This document shows, piece after piece, positions 47,636 through 57,261 of a DNA stretch of 64,000 bases. This stretch comes from Euryarchaeota archaeon UBA251. GTDB lineage: Archaea; Thermoplasmatota; Poseidoniia; Poseidoniales; Thalassarchaeaceae. Under the pieces are notes generated by a model. It saw only the letters and a list, made by a program, of their open reading frames with translations. It had not been told where the DNA came from and did not search any database. Location of the stretch: NCBI GenBank assembly GCA_002497905.1, contig DAFJ01000024.1, positions 260 to 64,259 of the forward strand, read 5' to 3'. Within the stretch, counting starts at the first letter, position 1. Every line of letters begins with the position of its first letter. The translations under genes were made by a program, and so were the position numbers.

Positions 47636-49159
47636 TCAGCGAAGGCCATCGACGCGGGCGAGGATTTCCTCAGGCCTGACGTAGAACTCCGTGATGATTT
47701 GTGCGACCTGATCCGACTTTCGGATATCGTTGAGCACCATCCAGTCTAGGATGCGCTTACGGGTCCGGAGTTCATTCCGCATCCGCTCTTGGCTGAAGTT
47801 GATCTTAACCATAATTTTCTCAAGGACATATGATTTGCCACTGAAGTCGAAGTCGTCTCTTGATGGGTCCCACTTGAACACTTCATTGGTGATGATTTCT
47901 TGGCTATGAGGGTCGACCCCTACAATCTCGACAATTTGCTTAGTTCGTCGTACACGTCGACCGTTGATTCTCGTCTGGATTTGAATTGCGATTGCCTCAA
48001 GTGCAGGTAAAAGAACACGTGGGATATCGATTGGCTTGTTTTCTAACCGATGGACTAGTGATGCAGCTGAATCAGCGTGGACTGTAGAATAGGAACAGTG
48101 CCCTGTTGCCATTGCTTGGAATAGAACATATGCCTCTGAACCACGAATTTCACCCACAATGATGTATTCAGGCCGTTCACGGAGGGCGGCCTTGAGAAGT
48201 TCGAACTCCGTAATTTCTCCTTCCGAGGATTCACCTCCGAATCCTTGACGGGTAAGTCCTGGAATCCAGTTTGGTTGAGGGATGTTCACTTCACGTGTAG
48301 ATTCAATACTGACGATTTTCATCTGCCATGGGATGAATAGACACATCGCATTCAGAGTAGTAGTTTTCCCGGAGGCAGTGCCTCCAACGAATAGCATTGA
48401 AACACCTTGCTGGAATGCGATCCATAGGTAGGCTACCATCAGGCTGGTCATGGTTCGGAACGCCACAATATCGCATGGGCTGAACGGATCTTCGCGGAAT
48501 CGGCGAATACAGAATGCGGAACCACGGGTCGATACTTCGCGACCGAGTTTCATGACAATACGGGAACCATCCATTAGCGTTGCATCGAGTAGAGGTTCAG
48601 CTACGGAGATGTGCTTGCCGCAGCGCTGTGCGAGCTTAATCACATATGCTTCTAATTCATCATCTGTTGGCCATGCAATGGTCGTCTCCACGGATTCGAA
48701 TTTTCGATGGTAAGCGAAAATCGGAACATTTGTACCATCGAGTGAGATATCCTCGACGTTAGCATCATTCATCAGCACGTCCATTCGGCCGTAACCAATT
48801 AGATCACGTCGGATGTAATAGAAAATCTTGGATCGAGACTTCTTGCTGATTTTCATCCGGTATGATTTGATAATCTGATCCATCGCGGCGCGAAGGTATG
48901 CAACAGGGTCGGCATCGATTTCTTCGATGTCCGCATTTAGTGCTTGGACGAAGATATTCATAATCTGGTCCTTTTGCTCGGTTTCTTTCTTGTTTAGTGG
49001 CGGTTCAATCACTTGGTAGAGAACATTCAGCGTACGTAGGTCGCGCACGATCCGTGCGAAGGAATGCGGAGGAGACACCGGGTATTTATCCAGTTCCTCG
49101 AACTGGTTTTGCTGTTTCTGACGCTTTTTTCCTTGGCTGCCCCGTCCTCTCCGCGCCAT
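47636..49159 (-). CDS. Type II/IV secretion-family assembly ATPase (archaeal PilB/ArlI/TadA-like)
   Basis: Walker A GGTASGKTT, Walker B/Asp box RPEYIIVGEIRGSEA and His box GHCSYSTVHA. SD GAGGTGAT lies before the ATG at 49159. Confidence 0.9.
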   Translation of the reverse strand: MARRGRGSQGKKRQKQQNQFEELDKYPVSPPHSFARIVRDLRTLNVLYQVIEPPLNKKETEQKDQIMNIFVQALNADIEEIDADPVAYLRAAMDQIIKSYRMKISKKSRSKIFYYIRRDLIGYGRMDVLMNDANVEDISLDGTNVPIFAYHRKFESVETTIAWPTDDELEAYVIKLAQRCGKHISVAEPLLDATLMDGSRIVMKLGREVSTRGSAFCIRRFREDPFSPCDIVAFRTMTSLMVAYLWIAFQQGVSMLFVGGTASGKTTTLNAMCLFIPWQMKIVSIESTREVNIPQPNWIPGLTRQGFGGESSEGEITEFELLKAALRERPEYIIVGEIRGSEAYVLFQAMATGHCSYSTVHADSAASLVHRLENKPIDIPRVLLPALEAIAIQIQTRINGRRVRRTKQIVEIVGVDPHSQEIITNEVFKWDPSRDDFDFSGKSYVLEKIMVKINFSQERMRNELRTRKRILDWMVLNDIRKSDQVAQIITEFYVRPEEILARVDGLR

Positions 49160-49214
49160 GGTATCACCTCAGTGCATGCGGAATAGGCATGAGGATTGGC
49201 ATAACCTTTGGCCT

Positions 49215-49763
49215 TCAATCGGTTCTGCCGAGGCCTTCCAAGAGGGCTCTCACATCTCTCCGGAATGAATTGATGTCATCTTCGTTATGAATCCGATAAT
49301 TTGCCTCATCTATTAGTGCTTCAACGCCCCAATTCCGTTCCCGTGTATCTCGTGTAGAGGTCCCCTCGTCATCAGATCGTCCTCGTCCACTCAATCTGGA
49401 GTCCCTGGTGCTCTCTGAAGCAAGAATCGCAAGAATATCCGGTTCATCCCCCATCAGTTCAATCAAAGCCTCTTTCTCGGGCGTGCTTCGCATACCGTCG
49501 ATAAGGACGAGAGGATGTTTGGAAACTGCGTTTTGAATGTCTGGCCACAATCTTCTCAGGACGACATCGTCTCCGAACTCTTTGCGGAGATCGACTGCTA
49601 CTTCTCCGATGTTATCTCCGTTGGGTTCCAAGCCGCGCTTCGCGGTTTCAGCACGGATCAAATCTCCCATTGTGATTACAGGTATGTCCATCATCACAGC
49701 GATTTCGGAGGCCACACTCTTCCCCGATCCGGGAAGTCCTGTGAGCACTAGAATCCTTGACAT
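49215..49763 (-). CDS. P-loop nucleotide kinase (archaeal UPF0200/CoaE-like family)
   Basis: ILVLTGLPGSGKS..ITMGDLIR..LIDGMRS..GRGRSDD pattern. Confidence 0.6.
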   Translation of the reverse strand: MSRILVLTGLPGSGKSVASEIAVMMDIPVITMGDLIRAETAKRGLEPNGDNIGEVAVDLRKEFGDDVVLRRLWPDIQNAVSKHPLVLIDGMRSTPEKEALIELMGDEPDILAILASESTRDSRLSGRGRSDDEGTSTRDTRERNWGVEALIDEANYRIHNEDDINSFRRDVRALLEGLGRTD

Positions 49764-49857
49764 GAGGGGTGGTATCTATTGGTCGCTCATGAACACACCG
49801 TACGCATGGTTTGAAGGGATTAGCACGTGACTCAGAGGTTATACGCAGAGACTACGT

Positions 49858-51495
49858 TCAGTTCTCGAACGGTGCACTCTTCCACTTTCGATCAATCAGG
49901 CGGAGGAATAGGAAAGAGAATGAAAGCAGAATCGCACAGATACCCATGATGTAGGTCATGTCGGTGGATTGCCTATCCTCTAGTTTGAGTGCTTGAGCTT
50001 CTGCATCAAGGCCCGAAGATGAGACCTGCATGCCCCAGTTTTCCAATAACGTGGTGTCCCCCTGTGTCCACGATAGGAGGAATAAGCCGATGAGTGGGAA
50101 TGCTGTTGCCATCCAGAAGCGAGCCATGATGCCACTGTCAAAGATGGCCTTGTTCGGGCGTAGCCCCATTAGCCAAGCAGAGAGTGACACGATGTAAATC
50201 GAGTTGGCGAGCATTACAATCATGGAGGCCAACATTACATCCCACTGATTTAGCATCCATGCCATAAGGAGAATAAACAGGACTCCAATCCAACTTGTTA
50301 GTAGGAAGTAAGTCCAGATTTTTGCTCTTAGTAGTTCAGGTACCGAGACAGGCATCGTGTTGAGGTGGTCTGGTGCATCAATCGCATTTAGCCATGAATA
50401 GAAATTGAATCCAAAGAAGCCGATGAATGGGGCATACGATAGGAGATTGAATGGTATTGGGAAAGCAGCAAACTCTGCTCCCCATGCCATAAGGAGGAGA
50501 AAAAGAAGAGGAACAGCGAAGGACCCTAGCATCTTGAAGAGAGTCCCTGAACGAAGGACATCTACAATCTCCTTTGCGATAAGAATCCTCATGCGACTGT
50601 CTTCCTTCAACCCAAGTTTCCCGAGTCGTTCGAACATCGGTAGAAACAGATCATCTCTTGCGGATATCCTAACTTCGAAGTCTTCAGGAAGTAGACCTGC
50701 GGCAAGCCATGCAACGATGATACAAGTTAGGAAACCAAGAGGCGTCCACCAGAAAATGGCGGTAGCATGAGCGTAGAGGCCGAGTACTACACGGTCGATT
50801 GGAATGATGTCAATGTAAACAGTGACTCCAAGGAGCGCTGCTAGTATTGGGATGCCGAATGTGAAAGGTTGTCCGCGGGATATCAATGTCGAGCCGAAGA
50901 AGGATAGTGCAATTCCCTGTGCCATCGTTAGTGATACACATAACAGGAATGGTAGAAGCGACGACCACAGGAGTGGCGTCGAGATACCTAGGAAAGATTG
51001 TGACAGGATTCCTAACCCCATCCCAATTGTTACTGGCGTCAGAATTAGTACAATGTAGAATGCAACTTCCTTGAGATAGTATGCGAGGTAGGTGGTTTGC
51101 AGGTCAATGGGTAACATAGCTGGTGATGCTAGGAGGAAATTTTTCCCACCACCTCGTTGGGATACTATAGATTGTCCGAGAAAGGCGAAACTTCCCATGC
51201 CCATTGAGAACAAGAACACCATGAGGTGGATACCTTGCCTTAATTCGTCAAAGGTGAAAGTTTCTCGAGCGAGTTCGTCGGCATTGGCCCCTACAACTCC
51301 ATCTCCAGTCAGGAATCGGAGTCCAATTGTAACCGCCATCGCAACGACAGCAAGAAGAGCGGGGAAAAGGAGGATACGCCGACTCTTGGCAAAGTCAACA
51401 TTCTGTCGCCATTCCTCCTTGAACATCATCCAGAAAGTAATCGGAAAAGCATCGAGGAAATGTGCCTCATCCCGACGAGCCGACACGGCTTTCAC
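49858..51495 (-). CDS. ABC-2-type transporter permease (>=12 TM)
   Basis: 545 aa, highly hydrophobic. The GTG start overlaps the stop of the ABC ATPase (GTGA). Confidence 0.7.
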   Translation of the reverse strand: MKAVSARRDEAHFLDAFPITFWMMFKEEWRQNVDFAKSRRILLFPALLAVVAMAVTIGLRFLTGDGVVGANADELARETFTFDELRQGIHLMVFLFSMGMGSFAFLGQSIVSQRGGGKNFLLASPAMLPIDLQTTYLAYYLKEVAFYIVLILTPVTIGMGLGILSQSFLGISTPLLWSSLLPFLLCVSLTMAQGIALSFFGSTLISRGQPFTFGIPILAALLGVTVYIDIIPIDRVVLGLYAHATAIFWWTPLGFLTCIIVAWLAAGLLPEDFEVRISARDDLFLPMFERLGKLGLKEDSRMRILIAKEIVDVLRSGTLFKMLGSFAVPLLFLLLMAWGAEFAAFPIPFNLLSYAPFIGFFGFNFYSWLNAIDAPDHLNTMPVSVPELLRAKIWTYFLLTSWIGVLFILLMAWMLNQWDVMLASMIVMLANSIYIVSLSAWLMGLRPNKAIFDSGIMARFWMATAFPLIGLFLLSWTQGDTTLLENWGMQVSSSGLDAEAQALKLEDRQSTDMTYIMGICAILLSFSFLFLRLIDRKWKSAPFEN

Positions 51496-52307
51496 TCCTC
51501 TTCGGTCAAGCCATCGGATTCAGCTTCAATATCTTCTATGGAGCGTCCTACGAGGCGGATGAAGATGTCCTCCAAGGTTTCTTCATTGGTATCTCTTAGA
51601 TCTGAGAGTCGTCCCGCTGCAAGAACCCGTCCGTGATCAATAACTGCTACCCGCGTACAGAGTCGTTCGGCGATTTCGAGGATGTGGGAGCAGAGGAAAA
51701 TAGTTCCTCCATTACCTACGTGTTCGAGTAGGAGTTCACGACATTTTCTTTGATAGATGGGGTCAAGGTTCACGAATGGCTCATCGAGGAACAATAATCG
51801 AGGCTCATGTATGAAGGCCGAGGCTAGCATGACCTTCTGTCGTTGACCTTTGCTCAGATCCTTGCATAGCGTCGTTCGTTTGTCAGTCATGCCAAACCAA
51901 TCAAGCCAGTATGCTACCTTTTCTGATAGATTGTCGACACGCCTGAGACGTGCAACAAATTCGAGAAATTCAGCCGCAGTGAGGTAGGATGGAGGAGATT
52001 CAGATTCAGGGACGATTCCAATATTAGCCTTGACAAGTCGCGGTTTATCTCCTACGTCGATACCGAGAATCTTAGCTTCTCCTTCTGTAGGTGAAAGCTG
52101 ACCCGTGAGCAGACGAATGAAGGTGGACTTCCCTGCTCCATTTGGACCGAAGACCCCGAAGAATTCACCTGATTTGACTTTGACATCGAGGGGTTGTAGG
52201 GCGACGAAATCACCGAATCTCTTAGCGAGACCCTGTGCCTCGACCAAAGTCTCGGACACTGAGTCACTCTCCAGTCCACTCCGGGGTACTGCGTTCAAGG
52301 AAGGCAT
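51492..52307 (-). CDS. ABC transporter ATP-binding protein
   Basis: Walker A GPNGAGKST, signature LSKGQRQK and Walker B LLFLDEP. ATG at 52307 overlaps the upstream gene by 44 nt; an alternative GTG at 52259 lies 4 nt after that stop. Confidence 0.9.
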   Translation of the reverse strand: MPSLNAVPRSGLESDSVSETLVEAQGLAKRFGDFVALQPLDVKVKSGEFFGVFGPNGAGKSTFIRLLTGQLSPTEGEAKILGIDVGDKPRLVKANIGIVPESESPPSYLTAAEFLEFVARLRRVDNLSEKVAYWLDWFGMTDKRTTLCKDLSKGQRQKVMLASAFIHEPRLLFLDEPFVNLDPIYQRKCRELLLEHVGNGGTIFLCSHILEIAERLCTRVAVIDHGRVLAAGRLSDLRDTNEETLEDIFIRLVGRSIEDIEAESDGLTEEE

Positions 52308-53163
52308 TTACCCCGATATCTTTGTCTTTTGTGTCGAAGAGATCTACGAACATGTTGTGCTCTAACAGAACACCATCTGAGATTGGATGATCAAGGGCGG
52401 CCCTCACAGCACGCTTGGCCACTTGGACTGTTAGTGGGGATTTGGAAGCCAGATTCTCTGCGAGTTCCATCCCTTTATCCATTAGTGAATCAGGCTCAAT
52501 CACGTGATTGACGAGTCCAATACGATGGGCTTCTTCTGCATCAATCATGCCTCCCCCCATCACCATCTCCATTGCACGGCCGTAACCGATGAGCCAGGTA
52601 AGTCGCTGCGTTCCTCCGCCTCCGGGAATTAGGCCGAGATTAATCTCGGGAGTGCCAAACATGGAGCGAGGGGTAGCAATCCTGATGTCACAGGATATGG
52701 CTAGCTCGCTTCCACCGCCGAGAGCGTATCCATCAATTAGTGCGATAGTTGGTTTTGAGATATTCCAGACAGCTTCCCAGACATTATCTTCAAACTCAGG
52801 ACGTATTGTTGCACTGTCTTTTCCTTTGAAGTCAGAGACATCGGCTCCTGCGACGAAGGCATGTGGTTTGGGACGTTTACCTTCCGGAGCTGGTCCTGGC
52901 TTTGCACCTTGGAAAATGATGACACGGACATGGTCTGCATCATCTGCCCAAGTAGCGAGTTCTTTGATTGCCTCCTTGACTTCATGATTTAGAGCATTCA
53001 GTTTCTCCGGCCGATTTACAGTTGCAATAACAACAACCCCAGTTCCAGAAATGACTTCTTCAACCGTCAGTTCATCGATGTCAGGTTTCTTGACCATAAG
53101 GGGGTGGAAGCGCATTCGATACATAGCATCATGGTTTGAAAAGATCCAGTAATCCACCCTCAT
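52264..53163 (-). CDS. Enoyl-CoA hydratase/isomerase family protein
   Basis: FVAGADV and IDGYALGGGSELAISCD motifs. ATGA overlap with the upstream gene at 53160-53163. Confidence 0.85.
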   Translation of the reverse strand: MRVDYWIFSNHDAMYRMRFHPLMVKKPDIDELTVEEVISGTGVVVIATVNRPEKLNALNHEVKEAIKELATWADDADHVRVIIFQGAKPGPAPEGKRPKPHAFVAGADVSDFKGKDSATIRPEFEDNVWEAVWNISKPTIALIDGYALGGGSELAISCDIRIATPRSMFGTPEINLGLIPGGGGTQRLTWLIGYGRAMEMVMGGGMIDAEEAHRIGLVNHVIEPDSLMDKGMELAENLASKSPLTVQVAKRAVRAALDHPISDGVLLEHNMFVDLFDTKDKDIGVNAFLERSTPEWTGE

Positions 53164-53975
53164 TCAGGGGGTGGTGGCAGGTCCATATCACCTGGAGGAG
53201 GAGGTAGGGGGAGTCCTCCCTCGCCAGGCAAGGGTGGTGGAGGCAAGCCTCCAAAATCTAGAGCAGGTTCCTCTTCAGCAGCTCGGAGCCCTTCATCTAG
53301 AGGGATTCTTAGTTTGATTACACGGTTTTCATCGATTTGGATAAGGATTCGACCATATGGGTGACCTGGCTTGGGAGATTCTGGTTCATCGATGATTTGC
53401 AATGTGTTTCCAGGTTGCTTAATCAAATCGCGAAGTTCCTCATTTCCAGTTCGAATATATCTAGAACGAAGGGTATCCCCTCTAATTTTCGCTAACTGCT
53501 TCCTTCTGCGTTTTTCGACTTCAATACGGATTTCATCCTGAGTGGTTCGCCGGGTCTCGACGACTGTATCGATCTCGGTTTCAAGCATTGATTGAGCATC
53601 AATTTCGACCACATATTCCTGTGCCTCAACCACGTCTTCGACAATTGCTTGAACCTCGACAAAAGCCTCCTCGTCAGAGTTTTCTTCCTGCTCCGTGACC
53701 ACATCAACACCCCTAGTACGCTTGATGGGAACCTCTGGTTCAATCGAATCAGGAAGCTCTTCGTCATTGACTTCTTCATCTTCGCTTCGCGTCTTGGACA
53801 TTGATTTCCGTGGTTGGGGAGCGGGTTCTCCACCAGAGAACATCAGATATGCAAGCAAGATGAGCAGTATTCCAGCGTATGTCATCTCGCCATTTAGGGT
53901 GAGATCAATGGAGAGCAGACCGAGGACTCCAATGAGAAGACTCGTCCAGAGCACCAATCGGAAGAAGGATGCCAT
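53160..53975 (-). CDS. Membrane-anchored protein with an acidic linker and a C-terminal polyproline tail
   Basis: Two N-terminal TM helices, an E/D-rich middle, and the C-terminus LPPPPLPGEGGLPLPPPPGDMDLPPPPE. ATG at 53975; the track start at 54005 is GTG. Confidence 0.6.
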   Translation of the reverse strand: MASFFRLVLWTSLLIGVLGLLSIDLTLNGEMTYAGILLILLAYLMFSGGEPAPQPRKSMSKTRSEDEEVNDEELPDSIEPEVPIKRTRGVDVVTEQEENSDEEAFVEVQAIVEDVVEAQEYVVEIDAQSMLETEIDTVVETRRTTQDEIRIEVEKRRRKQLAKIRGDTLRSRYIRTGNEELRDLIKQPGNTLQIIDEPESPKPGHPYGRILIQIDENRVIKLRIPLDEGLRAAEEEPALDFGGLPPPPLPGEGGLPLPPPPGDMDLPPPPE

Positions 53976-54024
53976 TGTTCCACCTTTTCTAGGCCACAAG
54001 GTCACGTGTATTGAGGTTGGTGCT

Positions 54025-54615
54025 TCATCCTCGGTCTTCCAGCAGTGTCACCAGTCGTGCCATTGCATGGCCACGGTGGGAAAGAGCCTTCTTTTCATCG
54101 ATGGACATTTCTGCAAATGTCCGCCCATCTCCATCTTCGGGGATGAATAAGGGGTCGTAGCCAAATCCTCCGTCTCCTCGAATTTCTTCCGAAAGCCGGC
54201 CACGGCAGCTACCCTGGGCTACAAACCTCTCTGATTCGATTTGGAGCACAATTGTAGATTGGAACTCAGCACCACGTTCTCTCCGTCCACGCATTAATCG
54301 AAGAATCCCTTCAAGGCCTAGACTTTCGAGTATATGGGCAGAATATACTCCTGGGAAATTAGGATGCGCATCGATGAAAAATCCGGCATCTTCGACCATT
54401 ACACCGTCTATTTGGTGCGCATTTTCAACATAAGATTCGGCTTGCTCGATTTTGCTCAGAGCAACGGTAACTAGGTCCCTAGCTTGTACTTCGACAAGTT
54501 GTACCTTATTGGTACCGCCTACGATGGAGACAATTTCGTATCCCCATGGTTCAAGGGCATGCTTCGCTTCTCGTAACTTACCTTCGTTAGAGGTTAGGAA
54601 AAGAATTCTCTTCAT
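54025..54615 (-). CDS. Non-canonical purine NTP pyrophosphatase (HAM1/RdgB/ITPase)
   Basis: MKRILFLTSNEGKLREA, GFGYDPLF and SHRG motifs. ATG at 54615, 1 nt after the bud32 stop. Confidence 0.85.
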   Translation of the reverse strand: MKRILFLTSNEGKLREAKHALEPWGYEIVSIVGGTNKVQLVEVQARDLVTVALSKIEQAESYVENAHQIDGVMVEDAGFFIDAHPNFPGVYSAHILESLGLEGILRLMRGRRERGAEFQSTIVLQIESERFVAQGSCRGRLSEEIRGDGGFGYDPLFIPEDGDGRTFAEMSIDEKKALSHRGHAMARLVTLLEDRG

Positions 54616-54616
54616 C

Positions 54617-55282
54617 TCAACCATGGTATCGAACCCGCCCCCTGATCTGGTTGAACCGTTCGATGACCTCACTCGCAGATGGTTCACCACTGTCTTGTTG
54701 ATCAGCGTAACCAGTCAAAACCTCCTCGAGGGCGTATGGATGATCGGGGTGACTAGCACTGAGGCATTCGTTTAGAACTTGAATATCCTGTCCGAGAGCT
54801 TCAATTTCAGGTGAGAGGCGACCGAGTCCGAAATCAATTAGCCCAACTCCTTCCTTCTCATCCCACATGATGTTGTGCGTGGTTAGGTCTCCATGAGATG
54901 CACCATTGAGGTGTAGTCGCCGGATGTTTGCCCCTACTGAGCGCAAAACATCTTTCGTAGAAGATTCAGACATAATGGAAGAGCGTAAGTGCTCAAACAG
55001 CGGGAGGCCGGGAATACGCGTCATGATGATAGTTCCTGTATCGATATCTGCATCGAGGATTAGTGGAGTATTCATTCCAATGTGGTGCATTTGGCGGAGG
55101 ATTCGCAATTCGCTGAGGATGCGTGTTTTGGTCAGCGCACGATCCAGACTTGGATCTCGATATCCTCGTGGCCGCCTAACTTTCATCACGGCCTCTTCAT
55201 CGAACCATTGTCCGAGGTGGACAAGCCCCTCTGCGCCTTCATGAATAAGGGGTCCTTCAGACCACGGCATGCCCGCCCCCAT
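54617..55282 (-). CDS. bud32: Bud32/PRPK-type atypical protein kinase (KEOPS subunit), stand-alone
   Basis: GAEGLV..VMKVRRPRGYR...LD..L...R...E...L and catalytic HGDLTTHNIM..LIDFGL. Confidence 0.85.
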   Translation of the reverse strand: MGAGMPWSEGPLIHEGAEGLVHLGQWFDEEAVMKVRRPRGYRDPSLDRALTKTRILSELRILRQMHHIGMNTPLILDADIDTGTIIMTRIPGLPLFEHLRSSIMSESSTKDVLRSVGANIRRLHLNGASHGDLTTHNIMWDEKEGVGLIDFGLGRLSPEIEALGQDIQVLNECLSASHPDHPYALEEVLTGYADQQDSGEPSASEVIERFNQIRGRVRYHG

Positions 55283-55328
55283 GACTCCACGGTGAAGAAG
55301 ATGGATTCAAATGCACCGGGAATGACGC

Positions 55329-56480
55329 ATGTTCGAAATGAGTGTCGGACTCCCTGTGGCCTCCTGCGCATTCGATCCTGATGAAGAGAATCATCGTCAG
55401 CGGATTATTGCGGCGAAAGCTGCCTTGAAAGATCGAGTATTGATTCTCGGCCATCATTATCAGCGCGATTCAATAATCGAACATGCTGATGCTACGGGGG
55501 ATTCCTTTAGCCTCTCTCGGCTCGCTGCAGATAGTACTGCGGATCATATTGTGTTCTGCGGCGTCCATTTCATGGCCGAGTCAGCAGATATACTGACAGA
55601 TTCCACTCAGATAGTGAGCATGCCTACTACGAGGGCGGGGTGCTCTATGGCGGATATGGCGAATGTACCCGATGTCGAAGAGTGCTGGGCGACACTAATC
55701 GATGAGTTCGGTTTGTCTGATCCAGCGAATCGAGAGGATCCAGATCAGGTTGCTAAGGAGGAAGATGCATTCCTTGTTCCTGTGACATACATGAACAGTT
55801 CCGCTGCCCTCAAGTCCTTCGTAGGTAAGCATGGAGGGATTGTATGTACCTCTACAAATGCGCGTGGCGTGCTTGAGTGGGCGCTTGAACGAGCAGGAGG
55901 TCAAGGCAAGGTTCTCTTCTTCCCTGATCAACACCTTGGCAGGAATACTGCACTTAGTATGGGCTTCGATGAGCCGGATATGGCAGTGTGGACCCCCGGG
56001 GAAATATGGGATGATGACAGTATCCAAGCGGCTCGATTCATCCTATGGCATGGGTACTGTTCCGTGCATCAGAGGTTTACAGTGGATCAGATTGACCGAT
56101 TGCGTATGACTCATTCTGATGCACAAATCGTAGTCCATCCTGAGTGTAGTCGTGAGGTTGTCGATGCCGCCGATGCTAACGGTTCCACAGACTATATTCG
56201 GAGATATTGTGATGCTGCACCTTCTGGATCTATTATCGGCGTAGGTACAGAGGTCAATCTTGTTGAGAGATTAGATGAACAGTATCAAGATAAATCGATT
56301 ATCTGCCTTGATGATTCAATATGTCCTTGTTCAACAATGTACATGATCCATCCTCGATTCTTAGCAGAGCAACTTGAGGCAATCCTCAGAGGGGATTTCA
56401 ATCGGAATGTTATCGCAGTCGATGATAGAACGGCGAAGAATGCCTCGATTGCTTTGAACAGGATGTTGGCGACCCAGTGA
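55329..56480 (+). CDS. nadA: Quinolinate synthase
   Basis: ILGHHYQ, FCGVHFMAE, VHPEC and CPCSTM motifs, with the Fe-S Cys ligands present. Confidence 0.9.
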   Translation: MFEMSVGLPVASCAFDPDEENHRQRIIAAKAALKDRVLILGHHYQRDSIIEHADATGDSFSLSRLAADSTADHIVFCGVHFMAESADILTDSTQIVSMPTTRAGCSMADMANVPDVEECWATLIDEFGLSDPANREDPDQVAKEEDAFLVPVTYMNSSAALKSFVGKHGGIVCTSTNARGVLEWALERAGGQGKVLFFPDQHLGRNTALSMGFDEPDMAVWTPGEIWDDDSIQAARFILWHGYCSVHQRFTVDQIDRLRMTHSDAQIVVHPECSREVVDAADANGSTDYIRRYCDAAPSGSIIGVGTEVNLVERLDEQYQDKSIICLDDSICPCSTMYMIHPRFLAEQLEAILRGDFNRNVIAVDDRTAKNASIALNRMLATQ

Positions 56481-56729
56481 TCAAAGTTCGCCAGCCTGCT
56501 CACGCAAGCGCCAGACACAAATGTCGTATCGGCCGGAGAGTGCTCCACCGCGCTTCGTAGTCGAGACCTTCTCGATGTCCTTGTCCTTGGACAGAACATT
56601 CCCCAATTGCTGAGGGGTGGTTCCGTGTCGAGTCGTGGTATTCACGTGCTCGAGGATTTCAGTTGTGTTAGCCTCGCCCTTTTCGGCGAGGAATCTCTTG
56701 ATGCGTTCTCGTAGTCTTGTAGTTCTCAT
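56481..56729 (-). CDS. Small winged-helix-like DNA-binding protein (paralog B)
   Basis: 82 aa. RIKRFLAEKGEANTTEILEHV..LSGRYDICVW. ATGA overlap with paralog A. Confidence 0.55.
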   Translation of the reverse strand: MRTTRLRERIKRFLAEKGEANTTEILEHVNTTTRHGTTPQQLGNVLSKDKDIEKVSTTKRGGALSGRYDICVWRLREQAGEL

Positions 56730-56977
56730 TGTTGTTCCCTCCTATTGGTCATCCAATCGACAGAGGCCCATTCGCAGATTCTGTAGCCGGAAGAGAGCAC
56801 ACCACTCCTACGTACGAGATCGACACGGACGACCTGAGAATCAGCTCGAAGCATCTTCTCAATCTCCTCTAGGCTCGCACTATTGCCATTAGCGTGTGCG
56901 TGCTCTGCAATCTCGGACGTATTCCGAGGTTTATTCTGGAGGTAGGATCGAATTAGAATTCTAAGATTCTCGCTCAT
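56726..56977 (-). CDS. Small winged-helix-like DNA-binding protein (paralog A)
   Basis: 83 aa. IRSYLQNKPRNTSEIAEHA..LSSGYRICEW shares the [ST][ST]EI.EH and LS.GY.IC.W motifs with the neighbour. Confidence 0.55.
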   Translation of the reverse strand: MSENLRILIRSYLQNKPRNTSEIAEHAHANGNSASLEEIEKMLRADSQVVRVDLVRRSGVLSSGYRICEWASVDWMTNRREQQ

Positions 56978-57111
56978 TTCCGGGCCTCCAGGTCTCTACC
57001 GGCACAATCGTCGCAATGTACAACTCCAGCCGATGTAAGCGCCATGGTCGGGGGGGTTATCAAATGACCGCCGCCATTCTGGAAGATAGTTACACATTCG
57101 TCGCAGAAAAT
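56974..57111 (-). CDS. Cryptic 45-codon zinc-ribbon-like reading frame (CxxC..CxxC) lacking a canonical start
   Basis: Hand translation gives IFCDECVTIFQNGGGHLITPPTMALTSAGVVHCDDCAGRDLEARK*. Its TGA overlaps the ATG of the next gene (ATGA at 56974-56977). The only ATG (57045) lies after the first CxxC, and an in-frame TAA sits at 57115-57117. Confidence 0.2.
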   Translation of the reverse strand: MFCDECVTIFQNGGGHLITPPTMALTSAGVVHCDDCAGRDLEARK

Positions 57112-57261
57112 ACCTTATTTTTCTGATTTAACGATTAGTTCATGCTAACATTTAGCGCACCTACTCCGTTTTATGTAACAAATTGTAACTTAAACAGTTG
57201 TTAAATAAGAAATATATCAAGATTGAAATATGAATGTGGTTCAGACGCTTCTGAGTACACA

